IMG/VR virus record: IMGVR_UViG_2579778753_000004
DNA from: a virus
Taxonomy: Duplodnaviria; Heunggongvirae; Uroviricota; Caudoviricetes
Length of the DNA stretch: 34,205 bases
Direction: 5' to 3' (one strand)
The notes under the pieces are model-generated. The model saw only the letters and a program-made list of their open reading frames with translations, had not been told where the DNA came from and did no database searches. Positions within the stretch are counted from its first letter, which is position 1. Each line of letters begins with the position of its first letter. The position numbers and the translations under genes are program-made. Positions 26,055 through 34,205 of the stretch are shown here, one piece after another.

Positions 26055-26963
26055 ATGGGACGCACAAAATCACAACCAGTTGAACTAGTGGAAGATGCAC
26101 CGCTGACCGATGGTCTCAGTGTCAGTCTTAATGCTATGTCCGAACATCGCCTCGAAATCATGCAGCAGTTTGGTGATGGCCTGCCGTATGAACGTGATCG
26201 TATTGTCCATGAAACACGTTTTTATATGGCTCAGAGTGCTGAAGCCATGCTGGAGGCGGGTAAACGACTGGTAATTCTCAAAGAAAATGAACCACATGGT
26301 GACTTCATCGACATCGTTGAGTCTCAGTTGTCCCTATCCAAACGTACCGCGCAGGTGATGATGCAAGCATCCCTCAAATATTTGTCTCCCAAGCTTGAAC
26401 CAAAAGCGCAAGCGCTTGCGCTTTTGGGTAAAACAAAGCTGTTTGAGTTGATGACGGAAGATGACGAAGACCTCGTCGAATTAGCCGATGGCGGCACGAT
26501 TGCTGGTATGAGCCTCGATGATATTGATCGCATGACAAGCCGCGAACTGAAAGCGGCCCTACGCGAAGCGCGTGAAACCAACGCAGCACAACAGCGCGTG
26601 CTTGCCGACAAAAACGAAAAAATCGACTCGCTCTCCACAAAACTGGAGAAGAAATCCCGTATCCAACCGCCCAAGCCTGACGAAGAGGTGAAGAAGCTGC
26701 GTGCGGAAGTTACAGCGTTAGCGGTTGAGGCGGAATCTGCCATCGCCGTTCGACTGTCCAGCGCCTTTGAGACCCTGTGCGCATACTGTGCTGAAAATAT
26801 GATTGATACCCCCAGAGACTTTATGGCCGGTCTGGTCTGCCAGTTGGAAAGCACCGCGCGTAGCCTGCGCTCCACATTTGACCTGCCGGACGAGCCGACA
26901 GGCAACGCCGCCCCTTCATGGCTGACTGACCCGACGCCAGAGATTAACGGGCAGGAGGCATAA
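26055..26963 (+). CDS. Conserved early protein of unknown function (DUF3102-like, from memory)
   Basis: 302 aa, coiled-coil middle region, RBS AAGGAG; lies between Ner and transposase. Confidence 0.5.
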   Translation: MGRTKSQPVELVEDAPLTDGLSVSLNAMSEHRLEIMQQFGDGLPYERDRIVHETRFYMAQSAEAMLEAGKRLVILKENEPHGDFIDIVESQLSLSKRTAQVMMQASLKYLSPKLEPKAQALALLGKTKLFELMTEDDEDLVELADGGTIAGMSLDDIDRMTSRELKAALREARETNAAQQRVLADKNEKIDSLSTKLEKKSRIQPPKPDEEVKKLRAEVTALAVEAESAIAVRLSSAFETLCAYCAENMIDTPRDFMAGLVCQLESTARSLRSTFDLPDEPTGNAAPSWLTDPTPEINGQEA

Positions 26964-26966
26964 CCC

Positions 26967-28736
26967 ATGAGTGCCGCCCTGACTGAACGACTGGTTTATG
27001 TTGCCCGCGCGGCACGTGACGCGGGGCATGGTAAGCGTGGTGCGATATATGATGCCGCCTGCGCCGAACTGGGCATTTCCCGCGCCACCCTGCTGCGCAA
27101 GCTGAAGGAGGTATCAGTGACTGACAAACGTAAAAAACGCGCCGATGCCGGGCGCAGTGCCCTGAGCCGCGACGAAGCCGCGCTGATATCTGCCACGCTG
27201 CGCGAGGCCACCCGTAAGAACGGTAAGCGCCTGTATTCCATCGCGGATGCGGTGGAGACCCTGCGGTCAAACGGCTTTATCACTGCTGGCAGAACGGACG
27301 AGGCCACAGGCGAGTTTTTCCCGCTGTCCGAGGACACCATCAGCCGCGCCCTGCGGAACTATGGTCTGCACCCGGAACAGCTTGACGCACCGGCCCCGTC
27401 GTCCGAGATGGCCAGCCTGCATCCCAATCACGTCTGGGAGATTGATGCCTCACTTTGTACGCTTTACTACCTGAGCAACGGCCATAAAGGGTTGCAGGTG
27501 ATGGACAGCTCGAAGTTCTACAAGAACAAGCCTGCCAACATCGCCCGCATCGCCAGTGACCGCGTGTGGAGTTACGAGATTACCGACCATACCAGCGGCT
27601 GGATTTACGTTGAGTACGTGATGGGTGCGGAATCTGGTGAGAACCTCTGTTCTGTGCTTATCAACGCCATGCAGGAGCGCGGCGGCGCGGACGTGCTGCA
27701 CGGCGTGCCGAAAATACTCTACCTTGATCCCGGTTCGGCGAACACCGCTGGCATGACGAAAAACATGTGCCGCTCGCTGGGCATCAATCTGATAGCGCAC
27801 AAGCCGCATAACGCCCGCGCCACCGGGCAGGTGGAAAAGGCCCGTGACATTATCGAACGTAAACTGGAGCCGGGTCTCAAATTCCAGCCGGTTCATAGCC
27901 TGGACGAACTGAACGCGCTGGCGGTGAAATGGCGCAGCCACTTTAACGCCACGGCGGTCCACAGCCGCCACGGTAAAACCCGCACGGATATCTGGCTGAA
28001 GATTACTGCTGACCAGCTGAAAAAAGCGCCATCCGTTGAGGTTTGCCGCGAACTGGCGGTGGCCGCACCGGAACTCCGTAAGGTCACACCAAAACTGCGC
28101 GTCTCGTTCCGGGGCAATGAGTTTGACGTTTCGACGGTACCGGGCGTACTGGTCGGCGAAAAACTGATGATTACCCGTAACCCGTGGCGCAGCGATGTGG
28201 CGCAGGTGGTGCTGACCGGTGAGGACGGTCACGAGACGTTCTTCCTGGTCGAGGAGGTCAGAAAGAACGAGTTCGGCTTTGCCGAAAGCGCGGCGGTATT
28301 TGGCGAAAACTACAAAGCCCTGCCGGAGACCCCGGCGCAGACGGCGGCAAAAGAAATCGAAGAGCTGGTTACGGGCACCGATAACGCCACCGATGCAGCT
28401 GCTGCACGCAAGGCGAAGGCGCTGCCGTTCGGCGGGCGACTTGACCCGTACAAACATATCGACGACACCACGCTTCCTGCCTATATGCCGAAGCGCGGTC
28501 AGGCTTCAGACGTGCGCGGGCCGCGTATTGAGCAGCGTCCGCTGACCCATGTGGAGGCGGCGAAAGCCCTGCGCGAGAAGTTTGGCGCTAACGGCCATAT
28601 CTGGACGCCGGAACATTACCGCCAGTTAACGGCGCAGTACCCGGATGGCGTACCTGAAGCCGCGCTGGATGAGGTGATGGTTACCCTGACCACTCCGGCC
28701 CGCAACAGCGTTATCAGCATCGTTAACGGTAACTGA
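26967..28736 (+). CDS. DDE transposase (MuA-like)
   Basis: 589 aa; candidate catalytic Asp at ...VWEIDASL... and ...LYLDPGSANT...; followed by the ATPase gene; RBS AGGAGG. Confidence 0.85.
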   Translation: MSAALTERLVYVARAARDAGHGKRGAIYDAACAELGISRATLLRKLKEVSVTDKRKKRADAGRSALSRDEAALISATLREATRKNGKRLYSIADAVETLRSNGFITAGRTDEATGEFFPLSEDTISRALRNYGLHPEQLDAPAPSSEMASLHPNHVWEIDASLCTLYYLSNGHKGLQVMDSSKFYKNKPANIARIASDRVWSYEITDHTSGWIYVEYVMGAESGENLCSVLINAMQERGGADVLHGVPKILYLDPGSANTAGMTKNMCRSLGINLIAHKPHNARATGQVEKARDIIERKLEPGLKFQPVHSLDELNALAVKWRSHFNATAVHSRHGKTRTDIWLKITADQLKKAPSVEVCRELAVAAPELRKVTPKLRVSFRGNEFDVSTVPGVLVGEKLMITRNPWRSDVAQVVLTGEDGHETFFLVEEVRKNEFGFAESAAVFGENYKALPETPAQTAAKEIEELVTGTDNATDAAAARKAKALPFGGRLDPYKHIDDTTLPAYMPKRGQASDVRGPRIEQRPLTHVEAAKALREKFGANGHIWTPEHYRQLTAQYPDGVPEAALDEVMVTLTTPARNSVISIVNGN

Positions 28737-28746
28737 GGAGGAAGGC

Positions 28747-29913
28747 ATGCTGGTACTGAAGCAACAACTGAAAGAGGCCCGCATCCCGCAGGCGGTGGTG
28801 GCAAGAGCCGTCGCCGTTTCCGAGGCCACGCTGGCCCAGATTGTGAACCATAACGAGTGGCCACGCACCAGCCCCGAAGAGGTACGCCAGCGTCTGGCGT
28901 TGTATCTGGAAAGTAAGGGGATTGATACAGCGAAAAGTTTTGATGCTGCACAGGGCGCTGTCACGCCCCGTACAGCGGGTACTACCGATAAAACCAACCT
29001 CAGTGAGGAAGAGAACATGTTACTCAAAAAGCAGGTGTTATTTCCAGCAACCAAAAAAGCGTTTGGCCTTTTCCGTGATCCGTTCGCCGATGAAGCCATG
29101 CAGGGCGCGGACGATGTGTTCACCACGCCGGATATCCGCTACGTGCGTGAGGCGCTGTTCCAGACCGCCCGCCATGGTGGCTTTCTGGCGGTTATCGGCG
29201 AGTCCGGTGCGGGTAAATCCACGCTGCGCCGCGACCTGATTGAACGCGTCAACCGCGAGAACGCGCCGGTGATTGTAATTGAGCCATACATCATCGCCAT
29301 GGAAGACAACGACGTGAAGGGCAAAACCCTGAAGGCGGCAGCTATCGCCGAGGCCATCATCAGCACCATCGCGCCGCTGGAGAGTATCAAACGCAGCCAG
29401 GACGCCCGCTTCCGCCAGTTGCACCGCGTCCTGAAGGACAGCAGTCAGGCGGGTTTCAGCCACGTTCTGGTGATTGAGGAGGCCCACAGCCTTCCCATTC
29501 CGACGCTGAAGCACCTTAAACGCTTCTTCGAACTGGAGTCCGGCTTCAAAAAACTGCTGTCCATCGTGCTGATTGGCCAGCCTGAACTGGCGGACAAACT
29601 GTCCGAACGCAACATGGAAGTCCGTGAGGTCGTCCAGCGCTGCGAGGTGGTTGAATTGCTGCCGCTGGACAACAGCCTCGAAGAGTTTCTGACGTTCAAA
29701 CTGCAACGTGCCGGTAAGCAGCTGGCCGACATCATGGACGCCAGCGCAGTGGAAGCCATCCGCGCCCGTCTGAGCAATCTGGGTGGTAGCCGTAAAAGCA
29801 TGGTCAGCCTGCTGTATCCGCTGGCCGTCAGTAACCTGGTGATAGCCGCCATGAATCTGGCTGCTGAAATCGGGGTTCCGCAGGTCAACGCCGACGTCGT
29901 CAAAGGAGTTTAA
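28747..29913 (+). CDS. Transposition helper AAA+ ATPase (MuB-like)
   Basis: 388 aa, Walker A GESGAGKST, Walker B-like HVLVIEEAH; immediately downstream of the transposase. Confidence 0.8.
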   Translation: MLVLKQQLKEARIPQAVVARAVAVSEATLAQIVNHNEWPRTSPEEVRQRLALYLESKGIDTAKSFDAAQGAVTPRTAGTTDKTNLSEEENMLLKKQVLFPATKKAFGLFRDPFADEAMQGADDVFTTPDIRYVREALFQTARHGGFLAVIGESGAGKSTLRRDLIERVNRENAPVIVIEPYIIAMEDNDVKGKTLKAAAIAEAIISTIAPLESIKRSQDARFRQLHRVLKDSSQAGFSHVLVIEEAHSLPIPTLKHLKRFFELESGFKKLLSIVLIGQPELADKLSERNMEVREVVQRCEVVELLPLDNSLEEFLTFKLQRAGKQLADIMDASAVEAIRARLSNLGGSRKSMVSLLYPLAVSNLVIAAMNLAAEIGVPQVNADVVKGV

Positions 29914-29915
29914 TC

Positions 29916-30185
29916 ATGAAATCCATCGCCGATATCAACCAGCAGATGAACAAGGTGCAGTCCGCCATTATGGCGCTCAACGCCATGAACACTACCGTGC
30001 AGAGCGTCATGATTGCTGGCAGTAAGCCGGTTATCCGTATCGCCCGCAACGGGCACTGTGCCCGCCTGCTGGAGCAGGGCAAAGCGAGTTATACCCATGT
30101 TGGCCATGACGGCTCAGGGCGCTTCCGTCAGGGCGTCTTTGAGTTGCATGGCTGCCGTATTACCTGGTCAGAGTCGTTACATTAA
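29916..30185 (+). CDS. Hypothetical early protein
   Basis: 89 aa, RBS AAAGGAG, tightly coupled to B. Confidence 0.5.
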   Translation: MKSIADINQQMNKVQSAIMALNAMNTTVQSVMIAGSKPVIRIARNGHCARLLEQGKASYTHVGHDGSGRFRQGVFELHGCRITWSESLH

Positions 30186-30202
30186 CCATAAGGTGAACAG
30201 AG

Positions 30203-30814
30203 ATGAGCGAAGTAAATAAAGAAAACTACATGAAAGACCGCAAGGGGCGTCTGGTGCCGGTTGACCAGGTGTCTGACTATGACCTTGCGATGGACTCTTT
30301 CGTTAAAGAACAGGTTGTCGCCGCGAAGGTTAAACGCGATGAACTCAGTGACTTCAAGCGTCGTGCCTTTGACGAGTGCTATGCCTGGCTTGACCTTGTG
30401 GCCGAGAAGTACGGCAGAACGCGTGGCGGTGCCAAAGGCAACGTGACCTTCAGCAGCTTCGACGGTGCTCAGCAGATCACCATCCGCGTGCAGGAAACCC
30501 TGACCTTCGGGCCAGAGCTGCAGATTGCCAAAGACCTGATAGACGAGTGCGTCACCGAGTGGTCGGAAGGCGCGAACGCCAACCTGCGGGCCATCATCAG
30601 CGATGCTTTTCAGGTGGACAAAGAGGGCCAGCTTAATACCGGACGTATTCTTTCCCTGCGCCGCGTCAAGATTCAGGACGAGCGCTGGAACCGGGCAATG
30701 GAGGCCATATCGGAATCACTGCAGGTGGCAATGTCCAAAACCTATATTAATTTCCGGGAGAAAGATAAACACGGGAAGCTAATTAATATTCCGTTAGATA
30801 TCGCTGCCATTTAA
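30203..30814 (+). CDS. Conserved Mu-like early protein (DUF3164-like, from memory)
   Basis: 203 aa, RBS AGGTGA. Confidence 0.5.
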   Translation: MSEVNKENYMKDRKGRLVPVDQVSDYDLAMDSFVKEQVVAAKVKRDELSDFKRRAFDECYAWLDLVAEKYGRTRGGAKGNVTFSSFDGAQQITIRVQETLTFGPELQIAKDLIDECVTEWSEGANANLRAIISDAFQVDKEGQLNTGRILSLRRVKIQDERWNRAMEAISESLQVAMSKTYINFREKDKHGKLINIPLDIAAI

Positions 30815-30892
30815 TTTTAATTCAATTTCTTTTTATTTCGGCGTCAGTGCCGTGGGCTTCTGCACGCCGAAAACAGCATTAAGGAATAAATC

Positions 30893-31081
30893 ATGTCCAT
30901 CAAATGTATCAACTGCCAGAAAGGTATCACCACCCTGAAGTTCAGCGACGCCAGCGTCATTTCCTCCGGTAAGTACCGCGTACCAGCCGTCCTCATCACG
31001 CTGGTATGCCCACACTGTAGCCAGCATTACTACACCGAAGTCCCGGCCATGGAATTCATCCCTTGTGAGGCAAAGAAATGA
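30893..31081 (+). CDS. Small zinc-ribbon protein
   Basis: 62 aa with C-x2-C ... C-x2-C (CINCQ ... CPHCSQ); RBS AAGGAA. Confidence 0.5.
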   Translation: MSIKCINCQKGITTLKFSDASVISSGKYRVPAVLITLVCPHCSQHYYTEVPAMEFIPCEAKK

Positions 31082-31179
31082 TTACTGCAAAAGAAGCCGA
31101 AAAACGGACCCGTGAAATTGTCGCGGAATATATCAGTGAATGTGGTTGTGAAAATCCCAACCATATCGGCAGGTATTAA
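31078..31179 (+). CDS. Micro-ORF (33 aa), translationally coupled
   Basis: ATGA overlap with the upstream stop; MITAKEAEKRTREIVAEYISECGCENPNHIGRY. Confidence 0.3.
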   Translation: MITAKEAEKRTREIVAEYISECGCENPNHIGRY

Positions 31180-31193
31180 TCAAATTAATCAGC

Positions 31194-31349
31194 ATGGCTT
31201 CACACGCCATCGTAGCAACAAATGGCCTAGATCAGGCTATTTACGTTCTTCACGCCACCAGTGACCACCTGAGAAAAATGCCGCCGCTGTACGAGCTGGA
31301 AATTACTGAGGACGGCCACGTGAAAGTTATCGGCGTATCACGCCATTGA
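31194..31349 (+). CDS. Micro-ORF (51 aa)
   Basis: ATG-initiated frame in a gene-dense operon; weak RBS. Confidence 0.3.
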   Translation: MASHAIVATNGLDQAIYVLHATSDHLRKMPPLYELEITEDGHVKVIGVSRH

Positions 31350-31364
31350 TTTGGGGAAGATAAG

Positions 31365-31661
31365 ATGAAAGGCATGAAATTATATAACCGTTCGACGATC
31401 TACAATCTGGCCCTCAAAACCTTCGGCCCAGAAGCTCAGGCTCTGAAGCTGATGGAAGAAGCTGCCGAACTGGCCGCTGCTGCTGCCCGCAACATGAACG
31501 GACTGGGCAATGAAGTTGATCTGGCAGGCGAACTGGCTGACGTTGAAATCATGATTGAACAGTTCCGCCTAAACGGGATGGGCCTGATGATTGATTTTCA
31601 TAAGCAGAAAAAGCTGGAACGCCTTGCCGAACGCCTGGGGGTGACTTATGCCGCAGAATAA
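31365..31661 (+). CDS. MazG-like nucleotide pyrophosphohydrolase-type small protein (tentative)
   Basis: 98 aa; acidic helix motifs LMEEAAELAAAAA and LAGELADVEIMIEQ; RBS GGGGAAG. Confidence 0.45.
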   Translation: MKGMKLYNRSTIYNLALKTFGPEAQALKLMEEAAELAAAAARNMNGLGNEVDLAGELADVEIMIEQFRLNGMGLMIDFHKQKKLERLAERLGVTYAAE

Positions 31662-32337
31662 TGAAAAGCTGCTGGAGAAGTTAAAAAAGCTACTTGCGCT
31701 GGCTAAATCCGATAACCCCCATGAAGCGGCACTGGCACTGCAACGCGCCCAGAAACTGATGCAGGCCTATAACATCACCCAGGCTGACCTCGCACTCAGT
31801 GATATTGATGAAAGCGTCAGTAACTACTGGGCTGCAGGTAGCGTTAATCCGCCGCGTTATATGCTGGGTCTGCTGGATATTATCCAGGTGGCATTTGGCG
31901 TTAAGTCTATTATTCACTCCGGCTTTAAACCCGGCGTTGGCTTTTACGGTAATAAAGACCGGGTTGAACTGGCCTCATATACATGGGAGGTACTGGCCAG
32001 ACAGTTAATCATGGCCCGTAAAAACTATATTCGACAGCAGAATAAAAGAATCAAAAACACGACCAAGACCAGCCGTGGTGACAAATTTGCCGAAGGGTGG
32101 GTTCTGGCCGTGCGTAGCGAGGTTCATTTATTTGCTATGTCCCGCGAAGAACGGGAGCTGGCAAACCTCTGGCTTGAACAAAAATACCCTGATTCAGGAA
32201 CAACCTCTGGCCGCAAAGCCGGTAAATCCCGTGACGCGGACATGTCCCGCCACATCGGTTACAGAGAGGGAGAAAACGTCCGTCTACATCAGCCTGTCAG
32301 CGGGCAGGAACAGCGGAAGCTGGGGAGTGGCTTATGA
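31648..32337 (+). CDS. DUF2786-like protein
   Basis: 229 aa; N-terminal KLLALAKSDNPHEAALALQRAQKLM as I recall for DUF2786; RBS GGGGGTGA. Confidence 0.5.
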   Translation: MPQNNEKLLEKLKKLLALAKSDNPHEAALALQRAQKLMQAYNITQADLALSDIDESVSNYWAAGSVNPPRYMLGLLDIIQVAFGVKSIIHSGFKPGVGFYGNKDRVELASYTWEVLARQLIMARKNYIRQQNKRIKNTTKTSRGDKFAEGWVLAVRSEVHLFAMSREERELANLWLEQKYPDSGTTSGRKAGKSRDADMSRHIGYREGENVRLHQPVSGQEQRKLGSGL

Positions 32338-32549
32338 TGGCTGAATCAATTGTATGTGCCTTGTTCTGGTATGGTCTCGTGGGGTGGTGTACTGCTGAAC
32401 TGCACCGCCGTTCAGGGTTTTACTCACGTTACAGCGGTACCGGACACTGGATCAGTTGGGCCGTTATGTTCCTGTGCTGGCCTGTCGCGCTTCCTTTATA
32501 TGTCGACTATATCGGTGGCGCAGGTAAAAGGAGTGGCAATGATGACTAA
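32334..32549 (+). CDS. Small membrane protein (two predicted transmembrane helices)
   Basis: 71 aa; ATGA overlap with the upstream gene; RBS GGGGAG. Confidence 0.5.
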   Translation: MMAESIVCALFWYGLVGWCTAELHRRSGFYSRYSGTGHWISWAVMFLCWPVALPLYVDYIGGAGKRSGNDD

Positions 32550-32967
32550 GCAGCGTCTTATTCAACTCATTCATATTGCCCGCAGCGACCTCCAGATGGA
32601 TGAGGACACCTACCGCCAGATGCTACAGGGGCTGACCGGCAAAGCCTCAACCAAAGGGATGGATACCCCACAACTAAACCGCGTGCTGGAATCAATGAAA
32701 AAGAAAGGCTTTCGCATTAAGCCTGCCGGGAAAGCCAAGTCCGGCTTACCGCTCGACAGCCATCCGCAGTCAAAGAAAATCCGTGCGCTATGGCTTGAAA
32801 TGGCTGCCGCAGGCATCGTCCGTGACAGTTCAGAGCAGGCGCTGGCGCTGTGGGTTAAACGGGAAACCGGCATCAGCGCGTTACGCTGGCTCAGCAATGA
32901 GCAGGCAAGTAGCGTGATTGAGAAACTGAAGAAGTGGCAGCGCAGAGCTGCGGGAGTGAAGCAATGA
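32539..32967 (+). CDS. gemA: GemA-like protein (Mu gp16 family)
   Basis: Start at ATGATG 32539 with RBS AAAGGAG; ...LIQLIHIARSDLQMDEDTYRQML... aligns with Mu GemA as I recall it. Confidence 0.65.
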   Translation: MMTKQRLIQLIHIARSDLQMDEDTYRQMLQGLTGKASTKGMDTPQLNRVLESMKKKGFRIKPAGKAKSGLPLDSHPQSKKIRALWLEMAAAGIVRDSSEQALALWVKRETGISALRWLSNEQASSVIEKLKKWQRRAAGVKQ

Positions 32968-33353
32968 GCGACCTGAATCAGTTTCGTAGTAAAGGGCCGG
33001 AACTGTTGGTGGAACTGGCACAGCATACCTCTGAGACTGTCCGCGAGATTATTGATATCGAACCCGCAGTTGCCGACCAGATTGGTCAGGCCGTCGCGAA
33101 CCGCATGATGCAGGTCTGGGGTGGGCAAAACGTCTATTTTCCGATGGGCATGGTCTGGAAGGTCAGCCAGCGCGACCGGGAAATTTTCCTGGAGTTTGAC
33201 GGGCGCAACCATCACGAACTGGCCCGCAAATTTGGTGTTTCACTACAGTGGGTTTACAGCGTGGTGAAGCGGGTCAGAAAAGAAGAACTGGATCGGATGC
33301 AGGGCAAACTGTTTGATGGCGAACCTGATGCCGATACAGGGAAAAAGGAGTAA
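32964..33353 (+). CDS. mor: Mor/C-family transcriptional activator
   Basis: ...VWGGQNVYFPMG...FDGRNHHELARKFGVSLQWVYSVVKR... aligns with Mu Mor (GGQ.VYIP ... FNGRN..EL...YGV....VY) from memory; ATGA overlap with gemA. Confidence 0.75.
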   Translation: MSDLNQFRSKGPELLVELAQHTSETVREIIDIEPAVADQIGQAVANRMMQVWGGQNVYFPMGMVWKVSQRDREIFLEFDGRNHHELARKFGVSLQWVYSVVKRVRKEELDRMQGKLFDGEPDADTGKKE

Positions 33354-33382
33354 TATCTGCAATCAGGCTGGTGCGAGTTCTG

Positions 33383-33434
<52 letters not shown>

Positions 33435-33443
33435 ATCCAGTCT

Positions 33444-33514
33444 CTTCCCATGTTGACCCAGTACTTCCCATAATTATCTCACTTATCCCCTGTCATTTAT
33501 CTCAAGTCTAATCA
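33444..33514. repeat. Prophage right terminus with subterminal direct repeats (putative transposase-binding sites)
   Basis: CTTCCCAT at 33444 and 33464 (20-bp period); TTATCTC at 33475 and 33498 (23-bp period); element ends ...AATCA at 33514. Confidence 0.55.
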
Positions 33515-34205
33515 GCTCACGGCCCTGATAGATAACGCCTTTTGAATCGCAAACCACGATGTTATGTTTTTGCAGACCCAGCGCTACCAGCAGGTTCATA
33601 CAGGCGATTGCTGCGGCACCCGCGCCGGAAACCACCATCCGCACGTCGGAGATGTTTTTCTCCACCACGCGCAAGCCGTTGAGGATGGCGGCAGTGCTGA
33701 TGATTGCCGTGCCGTGCTGATCGTCGTGGAATACCGGAATATTCATCCGCTCGCGCAGTTTCTGTTCAATATAGAAACATTCTGGCGCTTTAATGTCTTC
33801 GAGGTTGATTCCGCCGAAGGTCGGTTCGAGCGCAGCGACAACTTCAATAAATTTGTCCGGGTCGAGTTCATCAACTTCAATGTCAAATACATCAATCCCG
33901 GCGAATTTCTTAAACAGAACGCCCTTGCCTTCCATCACCGGTTTGCCAGCCAGCGCGCCAATGTTGCCTAACCCCAGCACCGCCGTACCGTTAGAGATCA
34001 CCGCCACCAGGTTACCGCGCGCGGTATATTTGTAGGCTTTTAACGGGTCTTTTTCGATTTCAAGACAAGGTGCGGCAACGCCTGGTGAGTAGGCCAGCGC
34101 CAGATCGCGCTGCGTTGCCAGAGGCTTGGTTGGAGAAACCTGGATTTTCCCTGGAACTGGAAATTCATGGAAATCAAGTGCACTTTGTTTTAACTGGTCA
34201 TCCAT
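33483..34205 (-). pseudogene. maeB: maeB 5' fragment (NADP-dependent malic enzyme) interrupted by the prophage
   Basis: The translation matches the N-terminal ~229 residues of E. coli MaeB as I recall them ([53 protein letters not shown]...GVIYQGRE), then diverges into [10 protein letters not shown]-stop read from phage DNA. Host-derived DNA is 33515-34205. Confidence 0.8.

Noticed and set aside
30833-31027. 64-aa minus-strand ORF opposite the zinc-ribbon gene
   Set aside because: Antisense to a plus-strand gene with good RBS and coupling; no start context of its own.

Overview
Almost the whole window is one Mu-like transposable prophage inserted into the host NADP-malic enzyme gene maeB; I found no self-contained novel defence system, only several unexplained accessory genes and sites worth testing. 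The prophage has two divergent arms. Late genes run on the minus strand from 23385 down to 1 (lysis cassette, terminase, portal, head, contractile tail, baseplate, tail fibre). A central island (23419-25518) holds a Dam-type methyltransferase, a low-GC lipoprotein gene, the repressor and the early promoter. The early operon runs on the plus strand (25519-33353: Ner, two extra genes, DDE transposase A, AAA+ helper B, an accessory block, GemA, Mor). The prophage ends at about 33514 with a terminal CA and subterminal direct repeats; the 5' part of maeB lies at 33515-34205 (minus strand). The left edge is an invertible tail-fibre segment flanked by inverted repeats of at least 188 bp carrying hix/gix-like crossover sites; the invertase and left prophage end are outside the window. 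The best candidates for follow-up are the repressor-linked lipoprotein, a small gene with its own terminator inside the tail operon, the early accessory block and the fibre switch. No rRNA, tRNA or CRISPR array was seen. All family assignments are from reading the translations and from memory of the families; nothing was searched or computed beyond hand counting.
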